The notes beneath the pieces are model-generated. The model saw nothing but the letters and a program-made list of their open reading frames with translations, was not told where the DNA came from and made no database searches. From Salpingoeca rosetta (taxonomy: Eukaryota; Protista; Choanoflagellata): a stretch of 64,000 bases of DNA. Below, in pieces: positions 1 to 13,546 of the stretch (position 1 is the stretch's first letter; each line of letters opens with the position of its first letter). The position numbers were made by a program, and so were the translations under genes. The stretch spans positions 989,783 through 1,053,782 of the forward strand of contig JAWQFM010000026.1 in the NCBI GenBank assembly GCA_033442325.1. The letters are read 5' to 3'.

Positions 1-379
1 TACCGAAAACAGCATCTCAGCATGGCTACCAACCAAGCTTTCATGCATAATCATTACCTCGCTACATTCCTCTTACTCTACTCGTCCTATACTGTGTTTC
101 ATATGCTGTCATACTTTCTTTCATCCACTCTTCACTTGCTCATTCGTCCGTATCATATTATTGACATACACAGCCACTGCACAACTCATAGCGTGCCCCC
201 CCCTCTGCATGCAGTGTCGACTGCTGATACACAGATGCGGCACGCGGCTCTCTTATCTCCTCGCCCTGACCCCCCGTTACCTCACTGAATACAACACCCC
301 GTTCTTCCAGCGCCCATATAATAGTTATTTAAATGAATATTATTTGATTCAGCTGCAAATCACTATATTTCCTGCTCAG

Positions 380-382
<3 letters not shown>
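1..382. mobile_element. Probable end of a transposable element (LTR-like) inserted in an intron of the ZC3H15 gene
   Basis: Non-coding, microsatellite-free sequence with an AT-rich block (atataatagttatttaaatgaatattattt). It ends abruptly in ...ctcagtCA against the intronic (CA)n tract, and its composition is unlike the surrounding introns. Truncated by the window edge. Confidence 0.35.
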
Positions 383-465
<83 letters not shown>

Positions 466-466
<1 letters not shown>

Positions 467-3198
467 CGCAGCGCAAGGCGGAGCAGGAGGAGAAGGCCAT
501 GATGAACTCGCTGTTCAAGCCGGTGCGGCCAAAGGTGAAGCCGTTGCCGCAGAAGAAGAAGAAGGTTGAGAAGGAGCCCGAGCCGGAGAAGAAGGACCTC
601 TACACCGACGACCGCGACAAAAAGCAGAGTGTGTACCTCACGTGTGTGTGTCTGTCTGTGCTTGTGCGTGTGTGTCTCTGTCTGTGCCTGTGTGTGGTGT
701 CTGTCTGTCTGTCTGTCTATGTGTCTGTGTGTGCCTTCGTTTTCGTACCTCTGCATCCTTGCATTTGCTGTCAACGGCCATTGACGCTCACTTCCGTGTT
801 AATACCTGCACCACACCCAAGCATAACCACGCATTCATGCGCTCTCACCCATTTCACACTCGCACCCTCCCCTCTTCCGCCCCCATCTTCTCTCTCGCAC
901 TCTCGTTGCTTGCAGGCACGTCTGCGGACTGGGACCAGGCGACGCTTGAGAAGGTCGTGAACGAGCGACACGGCAAGAAGAAGCAACCGCCCACCGACAA
1001 GGTGCAATCATGTGAAGAGGGGGCGGGAAACCGAGACCGTGGTGGTGGTGGTGGCAACTTGCATTGCCCTTGCAGTTGTGTGCATGTGCATGTGCATGTG
1101 TCTGTATCTGACTGTGCATGAATTGTACTCATGTGTACATACATGTGTGACAAATCGATGCCGCCGCTGCTGTGTGCATGACCCTCACGTCACCCATTGC
1201 ACACCTTACACCCCCATTGTACACGCTGCCAAACCAGGTCTGCAAGTACTTCCTTGACGCTGTTGAGAAGGGCAAGTACGGCTGGTTCTGGACCTGCCCC
1301 AATGGCGGTGATGACTGCAAATACCGACACGCCCTCCCGCCAGGTTTGCCCGTGATGATGGTGCAGTAGAGGGATGAAGTGTGTGTGTGTGCTTGTGCTT
1401 GTGTGTGCTTGTGTGTGTGTGTGTATGTGTGTGTGTGTATGCTTGTGTGTGCTTGTGTGTGTGTGTGTGCTTGTGTGTGTGTGTGTGTGCGTGGTTATCG
1501 GCTCTCCATCGCGTTGTGCGTGTTCATGGATGCACACTCACCGCCATCCCCTTCCTTCCGTCCCTTCGATCACCCGTTTATCATTCGTTCATCGCCACAC
1601 AACTCCCCGATCAGGGTATGTGCTGAAGAAGGACCGGAAGAAGAAGCAGGAGGAAGAGGCGAAGATGACGCTGGAGGAACTCATTGACCGCGAGCGCGCC
1701 GAGCTCTCCAAGCGCACCAACCTCACCCCCGTCAACCCAGACACATTCGCAAAGTGGAAGAAGAAGAAGGTGTGTGCTCGTGTGTGTCTGTGTGTGTGTG
1801 TGTGTGTGTGTGCGTGTGTGTGTGTGTCTGTGTGTGTGTGTGTCTGTGTGTATGAGAGAGAGTGTGTGTGTGTCTGTCTGTCTGTGTGTGTGTGTCTGTC
1901 TGTGTGTGCTCGTGTGTGTCTGTCTGTGTGTGTGTCTGTGTGTCTGTTGACCGAATTATCCTTGCCATTTCAAGCAACCCACCTGCAGTCACACACACAC
2001 AGTCACACTAACATTCACGTTCACACACCATCACCGTTTCCCCCTCCCTTCCTGTGTTCAGATTGCGGAGAAGAAGAAGGCGCTGAAGGAGGCGAACAAG
2101 AAGAAGAAGAAGGAGTTCCTGTCGGGCAACACGTCCGCCAAGGTGCTCACCCCATCCACCTGTAATTGTCGTGATGAGCAATGTTCATGAGCACACGAAC
2201 ATGTCTTGTAACAACACATGCCGCCCACACCTTGCGCATTGTAACACACCTCCATGACCTCACCATCAGTGATGATCACTTACCACACCGCAACACACCT
2301 TCACACCACCACCACCACCGCCACCACCACCATCACCACCGCCTCATATCACACCACCACCATCACCACCTCCTCCTATCACACCTCGTCACGTCAACGT
2401 CGCCGGTGCCTGCAGGTGACGGGCCGCGACTTCTTCTCGTTCCGGCCGGAGATGGGCGGGACGGACACCAACGACGATGAAGGCGGCACATTCGACGACC
2501 TCACCAAGAAGGACAAGGAGAACAACGGCGAGGCGCAGGACGGGCAGGCTGCCGTCAAGGTGACATGGCGGCGTGACTCGTGCTGCGGATGTGTATGCTC
2601 TGTGTGTGCGTGTCTGTGTGTCTGTGTGTGTCTGTGTGTGTGTGTGTGTCTGCGTGTCCGCTGTTTGTGTAAGGCCTGTACAAGTGTTTGTCCTTCATTA
2701 CCCCTTTCCCCCCCCCCCTTACTTACCATCCCCCCCTCTAACTCTTCATCTGCTGCTTCCATTCTCTTCTGCATGTCCGCTTCACACGCCGCCAGGAGTT
2801 TGATGCGTCTGTCTATGATGTCAAGCACGACGATGATGACGAGGATGATGATGACGACGACGACGAGGAAGATGAGGGCGATGAGAAGAAGCAGGCCGAT
2901 GCCAAGAAAGCGGAAGCAAACAAGAAGGAGGAGGTGGGCACGTTAATCCCCGCATATGTGTGTCTGTGTATGTCTGTGTGTGTGTGTGTGTGTCTGTGTC
3001 TGTGTCTGTGTGTGCTTGTTGCTGTTCATGTGATCACTTGACCAAGCAGCTCTGCCAATGCCAACCTCCCTCTAATTCCCTCTCACCACCGCCACCATCG
3101 CCGCCACCGTGAGACAGGGCGTATCGGTTGGCGCCGTTGCTGTGGACGCAGATTTGTTTGCAGACGAAATGGGCGATCTTGATCTGGACAACGTCTGA
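466..3198 (+). CDS. ZC3H15: CCCH zinc finger protein ZC3H15/DFRP1/Tma46 (DRG1 partner); 5' exons lie outside the window
   Basis: Spliced exons approx. 466-627, 917-1001, 1238-1343, 1615-1769, 2063-2142, 2416-2559, 2796-2933, 3118-3198. They encode [85 protein letters not shown] and VTGRDFF, all hallmark motifs of the family. Confidence 0.9.
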
Positions 3199-3205
3199 TG
3201 TGATG

Positions 3206-3257
3206 TCACATGCGTGTCACTCACATGCGTGTCACTCACATGCGTGTCACTCACATG
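3206..3257. repeat. 15-bp tandem repeat x3 (tcacatgcgtgtcac) just after the ZC3H15 stop
   Basis: Direct reading of the sequence. Confidence 0.8.
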
Positions 3258-3801
3258 CATGCCTGTCCAACCCTCCCCCCTCCTCCTTCTCCCCCCCCCT
3301 CCTCTCCCTCCTCGTCCTCCTCCCCTTCCTCCTCCTCCTCAATCTGCCATGATGTTTCACGCACATATCCTCGTTGCACCGTGTTGTTTGCATCGCTTGC
3401 TCGTTCGTTTGCTTGCTCGCTTCAGGTTGTGTGTGAGTCTGCGCGTGGGATTGAGTGGCGTTGTCTTTCTGTCTCCCCCCCCCCTCTCTCCCTCTCTGTA
3501 CGTTTTGTTGTTCCGAGACAACACTTGCCCCACCTTCCCCCTCCTACAACCGCAACTACTGCCATCTCTACTTCTTGTCCACACGTAAACATCTCCCAGC
3601 AAGTTCTCAACCACAATTGCGTGCCAAGGGAAGCGCGTTTGTAATCCATCAACACCAACGTATGTACTGTCCTGTACATTAGGTTGCGTTACAAATGTCA
3701 CATCAGGTGTGCACTTCACGTCAGTGTGCTGTTAAGGGCGTTTGCACATGTGCATGTGGGACAACCACCGTACATTCTGTTATCGTCCTCTGCCTTGCAT
3801 C

Positions 3802-5034
3802 TCAACCCCTCTTCTCGCCCTTCTTTGCCTTCTTCCTCTCTTGCGTTCCTTCACCATCACCACCACCATCACCACCGCCGTCAGCATCACTGCCCTGCGT
3901 GCTGCTGCTGCTGCTGTCAACTTGACTACTCTTCTTCGCCTTCGCCTTCGCCTTCGTGGTGCTCGCTTGCTTCCCCTTGCCCTTCCTTCTTCTCCTTGTG
4001 CTGCCATCGCCAACAACAGGGAACTCCACGTCCGTGAGCCACACGTTCAGGCCGAGCTTGCGGTGGTCGCCTGTGACGGGCATGGCGCGGTGGACGGTGC
4101 GAATGTCCACGTGTCCGCCCCTTTCCACATTGGGAAAGAGGACTGCGCAGCCGCTCCTGGGCTGGACAGAGGGCGTTCCTTCCAGCCAGGGAAACTCCGT
4201 GTGGCCCTGCCCATGCGGCAGCGAGTTGAGATAGACAAAGAAAGTGGCGAGGCGTCGTGGCGGCTGCACTTCCACACGCGCACCAGTGGGCACCAGGCCG
4301 TTGCTGGTGCTGTCGTTGTTGGTGTGGTTGGTGCTGTCGTTGTTGGTGTGGTTGGTGCTGTCGTTGTTGGTGTGGTTGGTGCTGTCGTCGTTGGTGTGGT
4401 TGCTGCTGTGATTTCTGTTGCCATCAGCAGCACGTCGCAATGGTGAACTGAGCAATGACGTGGATGATGGCGATGTGTTCGTGTGTGATGCAGCTGACGG
4501 CGATTCGCGTGCTTGATGGGCCGCGATGGAAGGCCACACCGATGACGACCGCAACCGTCTGGTGCCACTGCTACCACCATCACCATCATTACTTTGTCCT
4601 CTGCCACGGCCACCATCAACGCTATCTCCATCACGATCACACGCTACTGCTTCTTCTCCTTCTTCGTCTGCATCATCTTCGTCTGTCTTCACTTCCTGCG
4701 TCGCTTCAAGGGTGCTGTCGTCATCGTCACCATCACCATCACCATCACCATCAGCATCACCATCACGACAGTCGTCGTCAACACATAGATCGTCATCCTG
4801 CTCATTTCCCATCAAGAGCGTGCCTGCATCGTGGTGCAGTTTGAACTGCTGTCCTGTTGAGACCACAGAGTTGGATGCGCGGTGCGATGAGACGCAAGCA
4901 TCGTTTCGTTCAGCATGAACAGGCAGACGGACTCACATCACAAACGCTTGACTGCACAGCTCGTCCGTGAAACAATGAAGTAACAGACACAGCACCAACG
5001 CATACTTGCACACACACACGCACATACACACACG

Positions 5035-5084
<50 letters not shown>

Positions 5085-5949
5085 AACACAAACACAAACA
5101 CACGCGCGCGCACCGTGTTTGTAGGAGACAATTTGGAACGGTTCAATGCAGGACTGCGTGAGGCCAGTCATCTCCGCAGCACGCCGCTCGATGCGTCGAA
5201 TAATCTGTGCACAAAGGCAAAAGTATTGCGGATGAGGCGAAAGTGAGCAATACAAGGCAGCGTTATACTACGTAGAGATCAAGTGCCAGCGTTAGCGTCA
5301 ACAGCGAGAAAGGTACAACGCCGAGGTCAAAGTGGAGCAGAATCAGTGAAGAAGCACACCTCGTCTTCGCCCTTGGACAGCCACATGAAGGTGGAGGTAC
5401 GTTCCTGGGAGATGACTTGCGATCCAAGCTCCGACTCTGTGAACGATCGTTGCAGCCGCATGCCCTTGACAAACGACGACAAATGCTCCACCTCGTGCCT
5501 GGTCAAGAAGTCCTCCACAAAGAAGATGTTTGGTTCTGCATGGATCCGATGGAGCTTGCGCCTGCAGGAAATGGAAGAGTGAGTGAGTATGTGTGTGTAT
5601 GTGTGTGTGAGTGTATGTGTATGTGTGAGTGTGCGTGTGTGAGTGTACGTGCGTGCTGAACAGGGGTCCTTTGTCGTGCATAACTGCTGTCACACACACA
5701 CACACAGACACATTTACACACACACACATCTACATGTACGTGTGCACTTGCACATACGAACACAAACATGCCCACGCACACAAACACACACCTGCAGCGC
5801 ACAATCTGGTCTGGCTGTGTGCCATAGAAGAGGCTTGCTGCCGTATGTGGCAAGCGGTGCGGCTTCGGCTTTCTTGACGACCGCCGCCGCGTCAGTGGCT
5901 GCGGCTTTTGTTTTGTTGTGGTTGAAGAGGAGGAAGCGTTCACCATCAT
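3802..5949 (-). CDS. Prolyl 4-hydroxylase-like 2OG-Fe(II) dioxygenase
   Basis: Exons approx. 5949-5792, 5561-5360, 5204-5126, ~4855-3802. Motifs: [56 protein letters not shown] (HxD), [43 protein letters not shown] (distal His and 2OG-binding Lys). Confidence 0.85.
4304..4400 (-). repeat. Coding 24-bp tandem repeat x4 (STNHTNND) inside the hydroxylase
   Basis: (gttggtgctgtcgttgttggtgtg)n on the + strand. Confidence 0.8.
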
Positions 5950-6229
5950 CGTTGTTGTTTGGTTCAGTGGTGGCGGTTACTGAAATTTAATTGAAGACTT
6001 CCGCCAATTGTCGGCACCGCGATGGCGCGAAGGTGAAGAACTCCACACGCGCACACATACACACACACATGCACACACATGTCCATGCACACGCGCACAT
6101 GCGCACACATACACACACACACATGCAAACACATGTACATGCACACATGCGCACACATGCACACACATACACACGCACACATGCACACGCGCACACACGC
6201 GCGCACACACACACACACATCAGTTCACA

Positions 6230-7747
6230 TCACCAGACAAAGGGGATGAGGACGGCGGTGCTGTCGCGGTAGGCCACGTATTCGGGCAGCGCGCCCCAGC
6301 GCTTGTTGGCCATGCGCTCCAAGATGGGAATGCCGCTGACAGAGGTGAGGAGCCAGACCGTGAACAGCGGCGACGCAACAGCGACGTGCTGCCACCCGCT
6401 GAGCACAGAGAACGAGGCGATGTAGATGCCAACCCACACCAGAATCTCGCCAAAGTCTGATGTGTACAAACGCACACGCACAAGCAGACACGACAAAACA
6501 CGACAAAACAGGCCGCCGAGCGTGGGTGAGATGCACAAGCTTTGGTTGGATTTGGGCACAGTAGGAAGCAACTGTGTGCGAGCTCAGGCAAGCAATGCTG
6601 TTGTGCCACGCGAAGGAAGACACAGGACACAACGCTCAGCTCACTAGCACGCATGATGTTCCAACCAAGCAAACAATGAAAAGCGTGCACAGGATCATGT
6701 ACACGAACACACAACACATGCACCCAACAACAACAACAACAGCGCACAGTTTGGATGGCGGGAGATGCTCCAGAGACCCGTGGTGATGAACTTGTCTGCG
6801 TTTGCAGCGTGAGAGCGGAAGGAGAACTTCTGCACGTCTGCCACCACCTCGATGACAAGGCCAACAGCAAACACAACCAGCCCGAGCATGTCGATGGGCT
6901 GCAGCTGTGCGTCGCTCGTGCTCGTTGTGGCTGTGTTGACGAAGATGACGGGCAGAAAGGTGACGATGGTCCACAGGCCCTGCATGATCCAGAAGAAGAA
7001 GAACCGCTTTGGGTTCTTCTTGACCTTGGCGAAGCGGCGGTCGCCGTTGTGGTGCAGCACGCGGTAGAAGAGGAATCCCGACAGGTACACGCGGCAAAGC
7101 AGCACAGCGCCGCTCACAAGTGTGGCTTGCACCGAAGCAGCACCCACGCCCCTACAGCGTGCGTAGGTGTATGAGTGTACGTGTGTGCGTGTGTTTGTGT
7201 GTGAGTGTGTGTAGGAGTGTATGTGTGTGTGCACGTGTGTGTGTGAGTGTGTGTATGAGTGTGTGTGTGTGTGTGTGTGTGTGTACGCACGTGTGTGTGT
7301 GTACACATGTGCCTGAGTCAATAACGGCACCGTATTTTCGGTGCACTTGCACCATTGCAAGTGTGAGTCAGTGGATGGCGTGTCTGGCGAATAAGCAAAT
7401 GCGTGAACGTACGGATAAGTGAGGTAGACAAGAAGGGCGTAGGTCAAGGAGCCGACCAAGTCAAAGAATTTCTGCGTGGACGCATGAGAGACAAAAAGAG
7501 GAGCGTTAGTGAGGGACAGTTGGACAGCAACCACAGCAGCATGACGCTTCTTTCGCGGAAACAGCCGCCACGCATGTAAACATACAAACATGCGAACATG
7601 CTGACATACAAACAAACAACAAACACACACACACACACGCACACACACACACACACACACCTCCGTTTGCAGGGCGACGGCGACTGCGCCAGCGACAACC
7701 TGCACGCCAAAAGCAGCGGCAGTACAACCCCACACCCCGAGGACCAT
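6230..7747 (-). CDS. DUF1295 / steroid 5-alpha-reductase-like membrane protein
   Basis: Exons encode [128 protein letters not shown]. Confidence 0.9.
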
Positions 7748-8142
7748 CGTGGACCGTTCGGATGGAAGCAGCAGAGGCGACGACGGCTGGTAACACTGGA
7801 AGCAAGGCCGTGTGTGTCGTGTGTGGGGTCGCAATCCACTGCCGATATGTGTCACAGTGTCAGTGAAATCAAAACACGAAATGCGCGTTTTTTTTTTTTC
7901 GTTTCCAAGAGGACAACAACAAGCAGTTGGTCAGTGGTGGTGGTGATGATGGGTGTTTGGTTGGCATGGGTTGGATGGGTTGGATTGGATTGGATTGCAT
8001 GTGTGTGGTGAGGAGGGTGTGCAGTGGCAGCTACACAACCATGCGCCATTGCCGTGCCTCACATGCTTGTGAGTATGTATTGTTATGTATCAAACAACAA
8101 CAGCAACAGATTACAGACACAGACACACGACTCACAGTCAAC

Positions 8143-9509
8143 ATGGCGCTCGCACCCGACTTCAAGATGGAGAAGGAAGCTGCCAAGCAGGTGTGTGTGT
8201 GCGTGTATGTGTGTGTGTGTGTGTGTTTGTGTGTCTGTGTGTCTGCGTCTGTGTCTCTCTTCCCCTCTCTCTGGGTGTGTCTTTTGCCGTGATCATTACC
8301 GATTCTGTTCCTGTGTCTCTTTTCGTAATGGTTAACGTGGTTGCGTGTGTGCTGTGATCGATGATGCAGCTGAAGGAGAAGAAGGAATTGCTGGAGAAGG
8401 GCCACACAGGCTTCTTCGGATCCCCCAACAAGCTGGTGAGTGGATGCATTTGTGCGCACGCACGCACACACACATACACACACGCACACACACACATGCA
8501 CACGACGACAGCCCATGCGCACCCGTTTCTGTGTTTTCTGTGTTGTGTGTCCCTCTCTCTCTGTCTGCATGTCTAATGGAGGTGCTCGTGCTGCTTTTCT
8601 TGTTTCGGCATGACCTGCTCGTATTGAAAGGCGACAAAGACGCTCTCGGAGACCATGTACGACCGCCAGATGCACGTCCCAGAACAGGACAAGTCCAGCA
8701 AACTCCACCGCGACGGTGTGTGTGTGTGTGTGTGTGTGTGTGCGTCTGTGTGGATGTGTGTGCGTCTGTCTGTGTGTGTGTGTGTGTGTCTATTTGAATG
8801 CGTGAATGCGTCTGTGTGTGAGTTTGCGTGCATACACACTCGTGTGTTCGCGAAACGTTTGTCTGCCTTATCCTATGTTCATGTCTTCCTTATCCTATGT
8901 TCATGTCTTCCTTGCACTCACCCTCTTACACGCACCACCACCACCACCACCAACACGGGTGCTCGCATGGCACGTGCCAGACCGCCAGTCCCGCGTCGGC
9001 CTTGATATCCACAAGGAGGTGCGACCACCGCAAACACCAGACAGAGAGGAACAGCGTCTGACCCCAATTCCACACATGTCGCTGGCCTGCTGCGCCTTCA
9101 CAGCCACCTGCGCGCCTGTTCACACACACCCTCCCACTCTCACCTGTAGTCAACACACAACACGACACACACACGCACTTGTCCTTTGCGTCGCAGGAGC
9201 GCGAGCGGGCCTTCCCTGTCCGTTCATCTTCCCTCTATGGAGCACGCGCACCCATCGACAACCGTGCGTTGTGTGTCTGTGTCTGTGTGCATGCCGTGTC
9301 CACAAGAGACGACGTCGGTTCACCTCTGCTCCCGCCTCCAACCCACTTGCTCGAAACATCTCACACTTGGCACTGCATCATCACACGACGCCACCTTCTC
9401 CGTCTCCACATGCAATTGGTGTATGTTTGCAGTGGTGCATATGGCCAATGGGCGAAAGAAGGTCGTCAGCCAGGAGTTTTACTCAAAGGAGATTGCAAAG
9501 CTCGGATAA
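8143..9509 (+). CDS. CFAP90: Cilia- and flagella-associated protein 90 (C5orf49-like)
   Basis: Small exons from ATG 8143 join into ...MYDRQMHVPEQDKSSKLHRDDRQSRVGLDIHKEERERAFPVRSSSLYGARAPIDNP...VVSQEFYSKEIAKLG*. This matches my recall of the KLHRxDR..GL....EE.ER...L.SS.YG signature of C5orf49/CFAP90. Confidence 0.75.
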
Positions 9510-10075
9510 CTCTTCTTCCTTCTTCCACCTCCTCCTCGCCTTGTCGCATCTTCTTTCCCGCCTCTTCCTCCCTTCTTCCACCTCCTTCTGTTTCACTTTT
9601 GTTCATGTGTCGTTCTGGTTGTCTGTCTGTCTGTGTCCACACACCTGATCGTTGCCTCATTCGCTTCCTTTTCTATTTGAGTTCCATATTTCAACCAACA
9701 AGGCAGTGTGTGTGTGTGTGTGTGTTCTTTTCACTATCCCCCCCCGCCCTCACCCTCACTGCTGTTGTGTCTGATTTATTCCCGTCACAATAACAAGCCA
9801 ACGAACACCACCACAAACGCAATTCGGGATGAAACTGATGCATGTGTGTATTGGAATGACCTTTCTGGAGAGGAGAGAAAAAGCAACAACGACACACACG
9901 AGAGAGAGAAAAAGGAAGAGGAGGAAGACAGGGCATTCACATACGCACATACGCACATACGCACATGCGCACATACGCATATACGCACACACAACAACAA
10001 CAAGAATGCAGACGCAAACGTGCAAGCAACCTTAGGCAACACCCATGCATGCGAACGCCATCACCGTGAATGTGT

Positions 10076-11966
10076 TCACTCCTGCGCAACAGGTGTGTTG
10101 GTCTTCTTCAGGAGGTGGCGCCCAAACGCAGGCTGCTGCTGATGACAATGATGATGAGGGGTGGAAGGGGGTGTGGTCACAAACACGGCGTGGAAGGGGA
10201 GGCGTGAGGAATTGTGTCATGCACATGGAGGAGGAGAGAACAACCTCAACTGAATGTCGAGTGTCGGCGCCGTGCATATGCTCGCACACAAGACACGCGC
10301 ACACACAATCACTCACTAACACTCACACAATCCCACACACACACAATCCCACACACAATCACACAATCCCACAATCACACATTCACGCAATCACACACTC
10401 ACACACATGTGCACACTCTCGCACACTCGCACACACACGCGCGCACAACAACAACAACAACAACAATAACACATGGACGCACCTCCTTTGCTGCTGCCGC
10501 CTTGGTCTTGCGTCGTGCGATAATTTCGTTTTCCTTGTCGGCCCAGTCCTCATCATCTTCCTCTTCCTCGTCCTCACGCATCGCCTTGCGCCGCTGGGCA
10601 AACTTCTTCTTCAGCGCGGCCGCAATCAGCGCAGCGGGATCGTTGGTTGCAGGCATCGACTCGCGCTTGCGTGATGCGATGGGTGTGCCGCCTGGCGAGC
10701 GCTGAACCGAGCGCAGCTTAACAGTGCCCAAGTCCTTCAACACATCGGCCATGCTTGGTCGCTTGTCCTTCTCATACGGAACCTTCTGTCCCTTTTTGTT
10801 CTGTGTCGAGCACGTGAACAAGAGAATTGTGAGCAAGGATGTTGTGAGCAAGAGTGTTGTGAACAAGGGCAAGGGAACTGGAAGGAGACGGCGCGGGCAG
10901 TTGAAGAGGCAAGCGCAGGCACACATATACACACGAGCACACGACACTGCACGTCAGCAGGCACACATGTACACACACATACACACACAACACGACACAG
11001 CATAACACGTGTGCAGTTGACTCACTGCACGGATAATTTCCTGGATGCTTGGCTTCTGCTTCGCATCGAGCAGGCCAGGCGGTGGTGGCGGAGGCGGCGG
11101 TGGTGGTGGCGCACCCGAACCCGCGACGAATGGAAGTGGGGGCGGTGGTGGTGGTGGTGCTGTTGTGGACATTGATGGTGTGGAGGGATGGCGTGGTGTC
11201 TGCTGTGCCATCTGCTCCTGCTGCACAACAACGTCTGCAATCATTCGCTTGAGTCGGTCAAGCTCGGCTTGCAGCGCCTGCACAGTGTGGAAACACAAAG
11301 GAACATACGGTTGCAATGATGACACGAGGCTGATGGTTGAGATGGAACAGGATATAGGCGTGACCCGTGTGTTCATCAAGGTCGAGCAAAGTGATTTGAA
11401 ATGGTGATGCTTGTGAAGAAAGATCAATTCCTTCACCAAACACGCACGCACACAGCCCAAATGCACTCATCACTCGCGCGCAGCGCCCCTCCTGTTTCGT
11501 TCCCCGCTCCCAACAATATTCACCTCACCGCCATCTGTTCTGATGATTCCTTGGGCGCCTGCTTGGTCGGGGTGTCGTGTGCGGATGCATCCTGCACCCC
11601 TTCGTCATCGTCATCATCAGCGAGCTTTTTCGGCCCAACTTGCTGTGCCTCCATTGCTACCGCATCTTCCTCCAGCTCCTGCTGCTGTTGACTTGTTGGT
11701 GCTGATGCAAGCACGTGTGCACGGTGGTGCTAGCATGGAAAACACAACCGAGAAAACGAACGGACGCATAGATGAGTCGTGGTCGACACAGATGAATGAA
11801 AAACACAGACCCAGGACACGAACGTGCCTTGCATGTGCAAGCAGGCACATGTGCACATGTACCTCCACTCTCAGAGCAACTCAACATACCATTCGCGTGT
11901 TGTGCTGGGAGTTGTAGATGCGGCCCACGTCAACCAGTGAGGGAACATAGTGGCCCCTGTGGAGTG

Positions 11967-12004
<38 letters not shown>

Positions 12005-12643
12005 AGAGTGAGTGTGTGTGAGAATGAGTGTGTGTGTGTGCGGTAATCTCAATGTGAGGATTCGAAGGAACATCAGGTGAAGGCTCTTGTGTTGATAATG
12101 CCAGCAAATCGCCCGCTTCCTCGAATGTCTGTGCATGATACCGTCGCTTCTGCTGCAGGGGCGCCTCTTCGTCAATCTCGCCAATGGCCGTCAGACGATC
12201 CTCCACCTCTTTCCTCGTCAATGGAACCTGAAAGGGTGGACACAAGGATGGGTATGTAATGAGATTCAAGTCCTTGACGTGGGGCAGCGCGAGTGTTCAC
12301 AAAGACCGTTCGTGTATGCACAAAGCAGAGAGAGGAGGGAGAGGGAGAGGGAGAGGGAGAGAAGACAAACACATACACACACACACACACACAGACACAC
12401 ACACACACACGTGCAGTCATTCGCGCACCCTGATTTTGAGACGGTAAGGGTGAGGTGAGGGAAAGGCGATGGCCACCCGTCGCACCAAGGACTTGTACGC
12501 GTACAAAGGTGCGCTCTGAGCCACGGGCCAGCTGGCCTCCTGCGTTCCAACACAAACACAATCGATGTCATATCACACAAACGCATGCAGACTCGCGCGC
12601 GGGATACAACACACGCGCGCACACGCACACACACACGCACACA

Positions 12644-12691
<48 letters not shown>

Positions 12692-12755
12692 CATGCACAC
12701 ACGCACACACGCTTACGCCCTGCTCGATGGCCAGCTGGTATGGGTAGTTTGTCAT
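10076..12755 (-). CDS. MTFR1: Mitochondrial fission regulator 1 family protein (MTFR1/MTFR2/FAM54)
   Basis: Coiled segment ALQAELDRLKRMIADVVVQQE, poly-Pro tract, SIQEIIR, SMADVLKDLGTVKLRSVQRSPGGTP...DPAALIAAALKKKFA, and C-terminal FGRHLLK. These are the MTFR1 family blocks in the correct order. ATG at 12755, stop at 10076. Confidence 0.8.
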
Positions 12756-12920
12756 GGCTGTGAGTTGTCTTCGCAGCGCGTAGTCTGTCTTGTCTGTGTC
12801 TGTGTCTCTCGTGTTTCTGACTCTTGCGCTTTTCAAATTTCGCGGGAGAAAAAAAATAAATAAAAATTTCGTTTGGTGGTTTCTATGTGTCGTGTGTCGC
12901 AACCCTGTGTGTGTGTGTGT

Positions 12921-13010
<90 letters not shown>

Positions 13011-13128
13011 GTGTGACATTGTCTCAGCCTGTGTCTGTGTCAACTCACTGTCTCACATTCGTGTCACGTCATGCCATGCCAACTGCTCGTTGTGTTTCTT
13101 GTTAAAGCCTTGCCTGGCTGCAATCATT

Positions 13129-13475
13129 TCAATACAACCCAGTCTGCTGGCGCGATTGCACGGATGACAAAGCCGAGCGCTGTGAGGACGAGAGGCGAGG
13201 AGGGCAAGCGGCGGCATCCACACCAGGTGGCAAGTGTGCCATCGGTGGTGGTGGTGGTGGTTGTTCTTTTCGTTGCTCTCCTCCTTCTTGTTTCGTACGT
13301 GGTCTGTGTACACCAGGGAATGAGTGCAACGCCAGATCCCCAAACGCCATCTGCAAAGTGTATGTGTGTGTGTGTGTGTGTGAACAAGTGTGACAGGAAC
13401 GCAAACGAGGAACAGGGTCCCAACCAGCAGAATTTGCGAGACGAAGAGACGAGGAGACGGAGGAGGAACGACAGC

Positions 13476-13546
<71 letters not shown>

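Noticed and set aside
3206-4400. Short tandem repeats as a CRISPR array
   Set aside because: There are no unique spacers, the context is eukaryotic, and no cas genes are present.
7930-8140. RFX X-box upstream of the ciliary genes CFAP90 and KIF6
   Set aside because: Only degenerate half-sites (e.g. gttggcatgg, gtcgccaagg) are visible, which cannot be supported without a motif scan.
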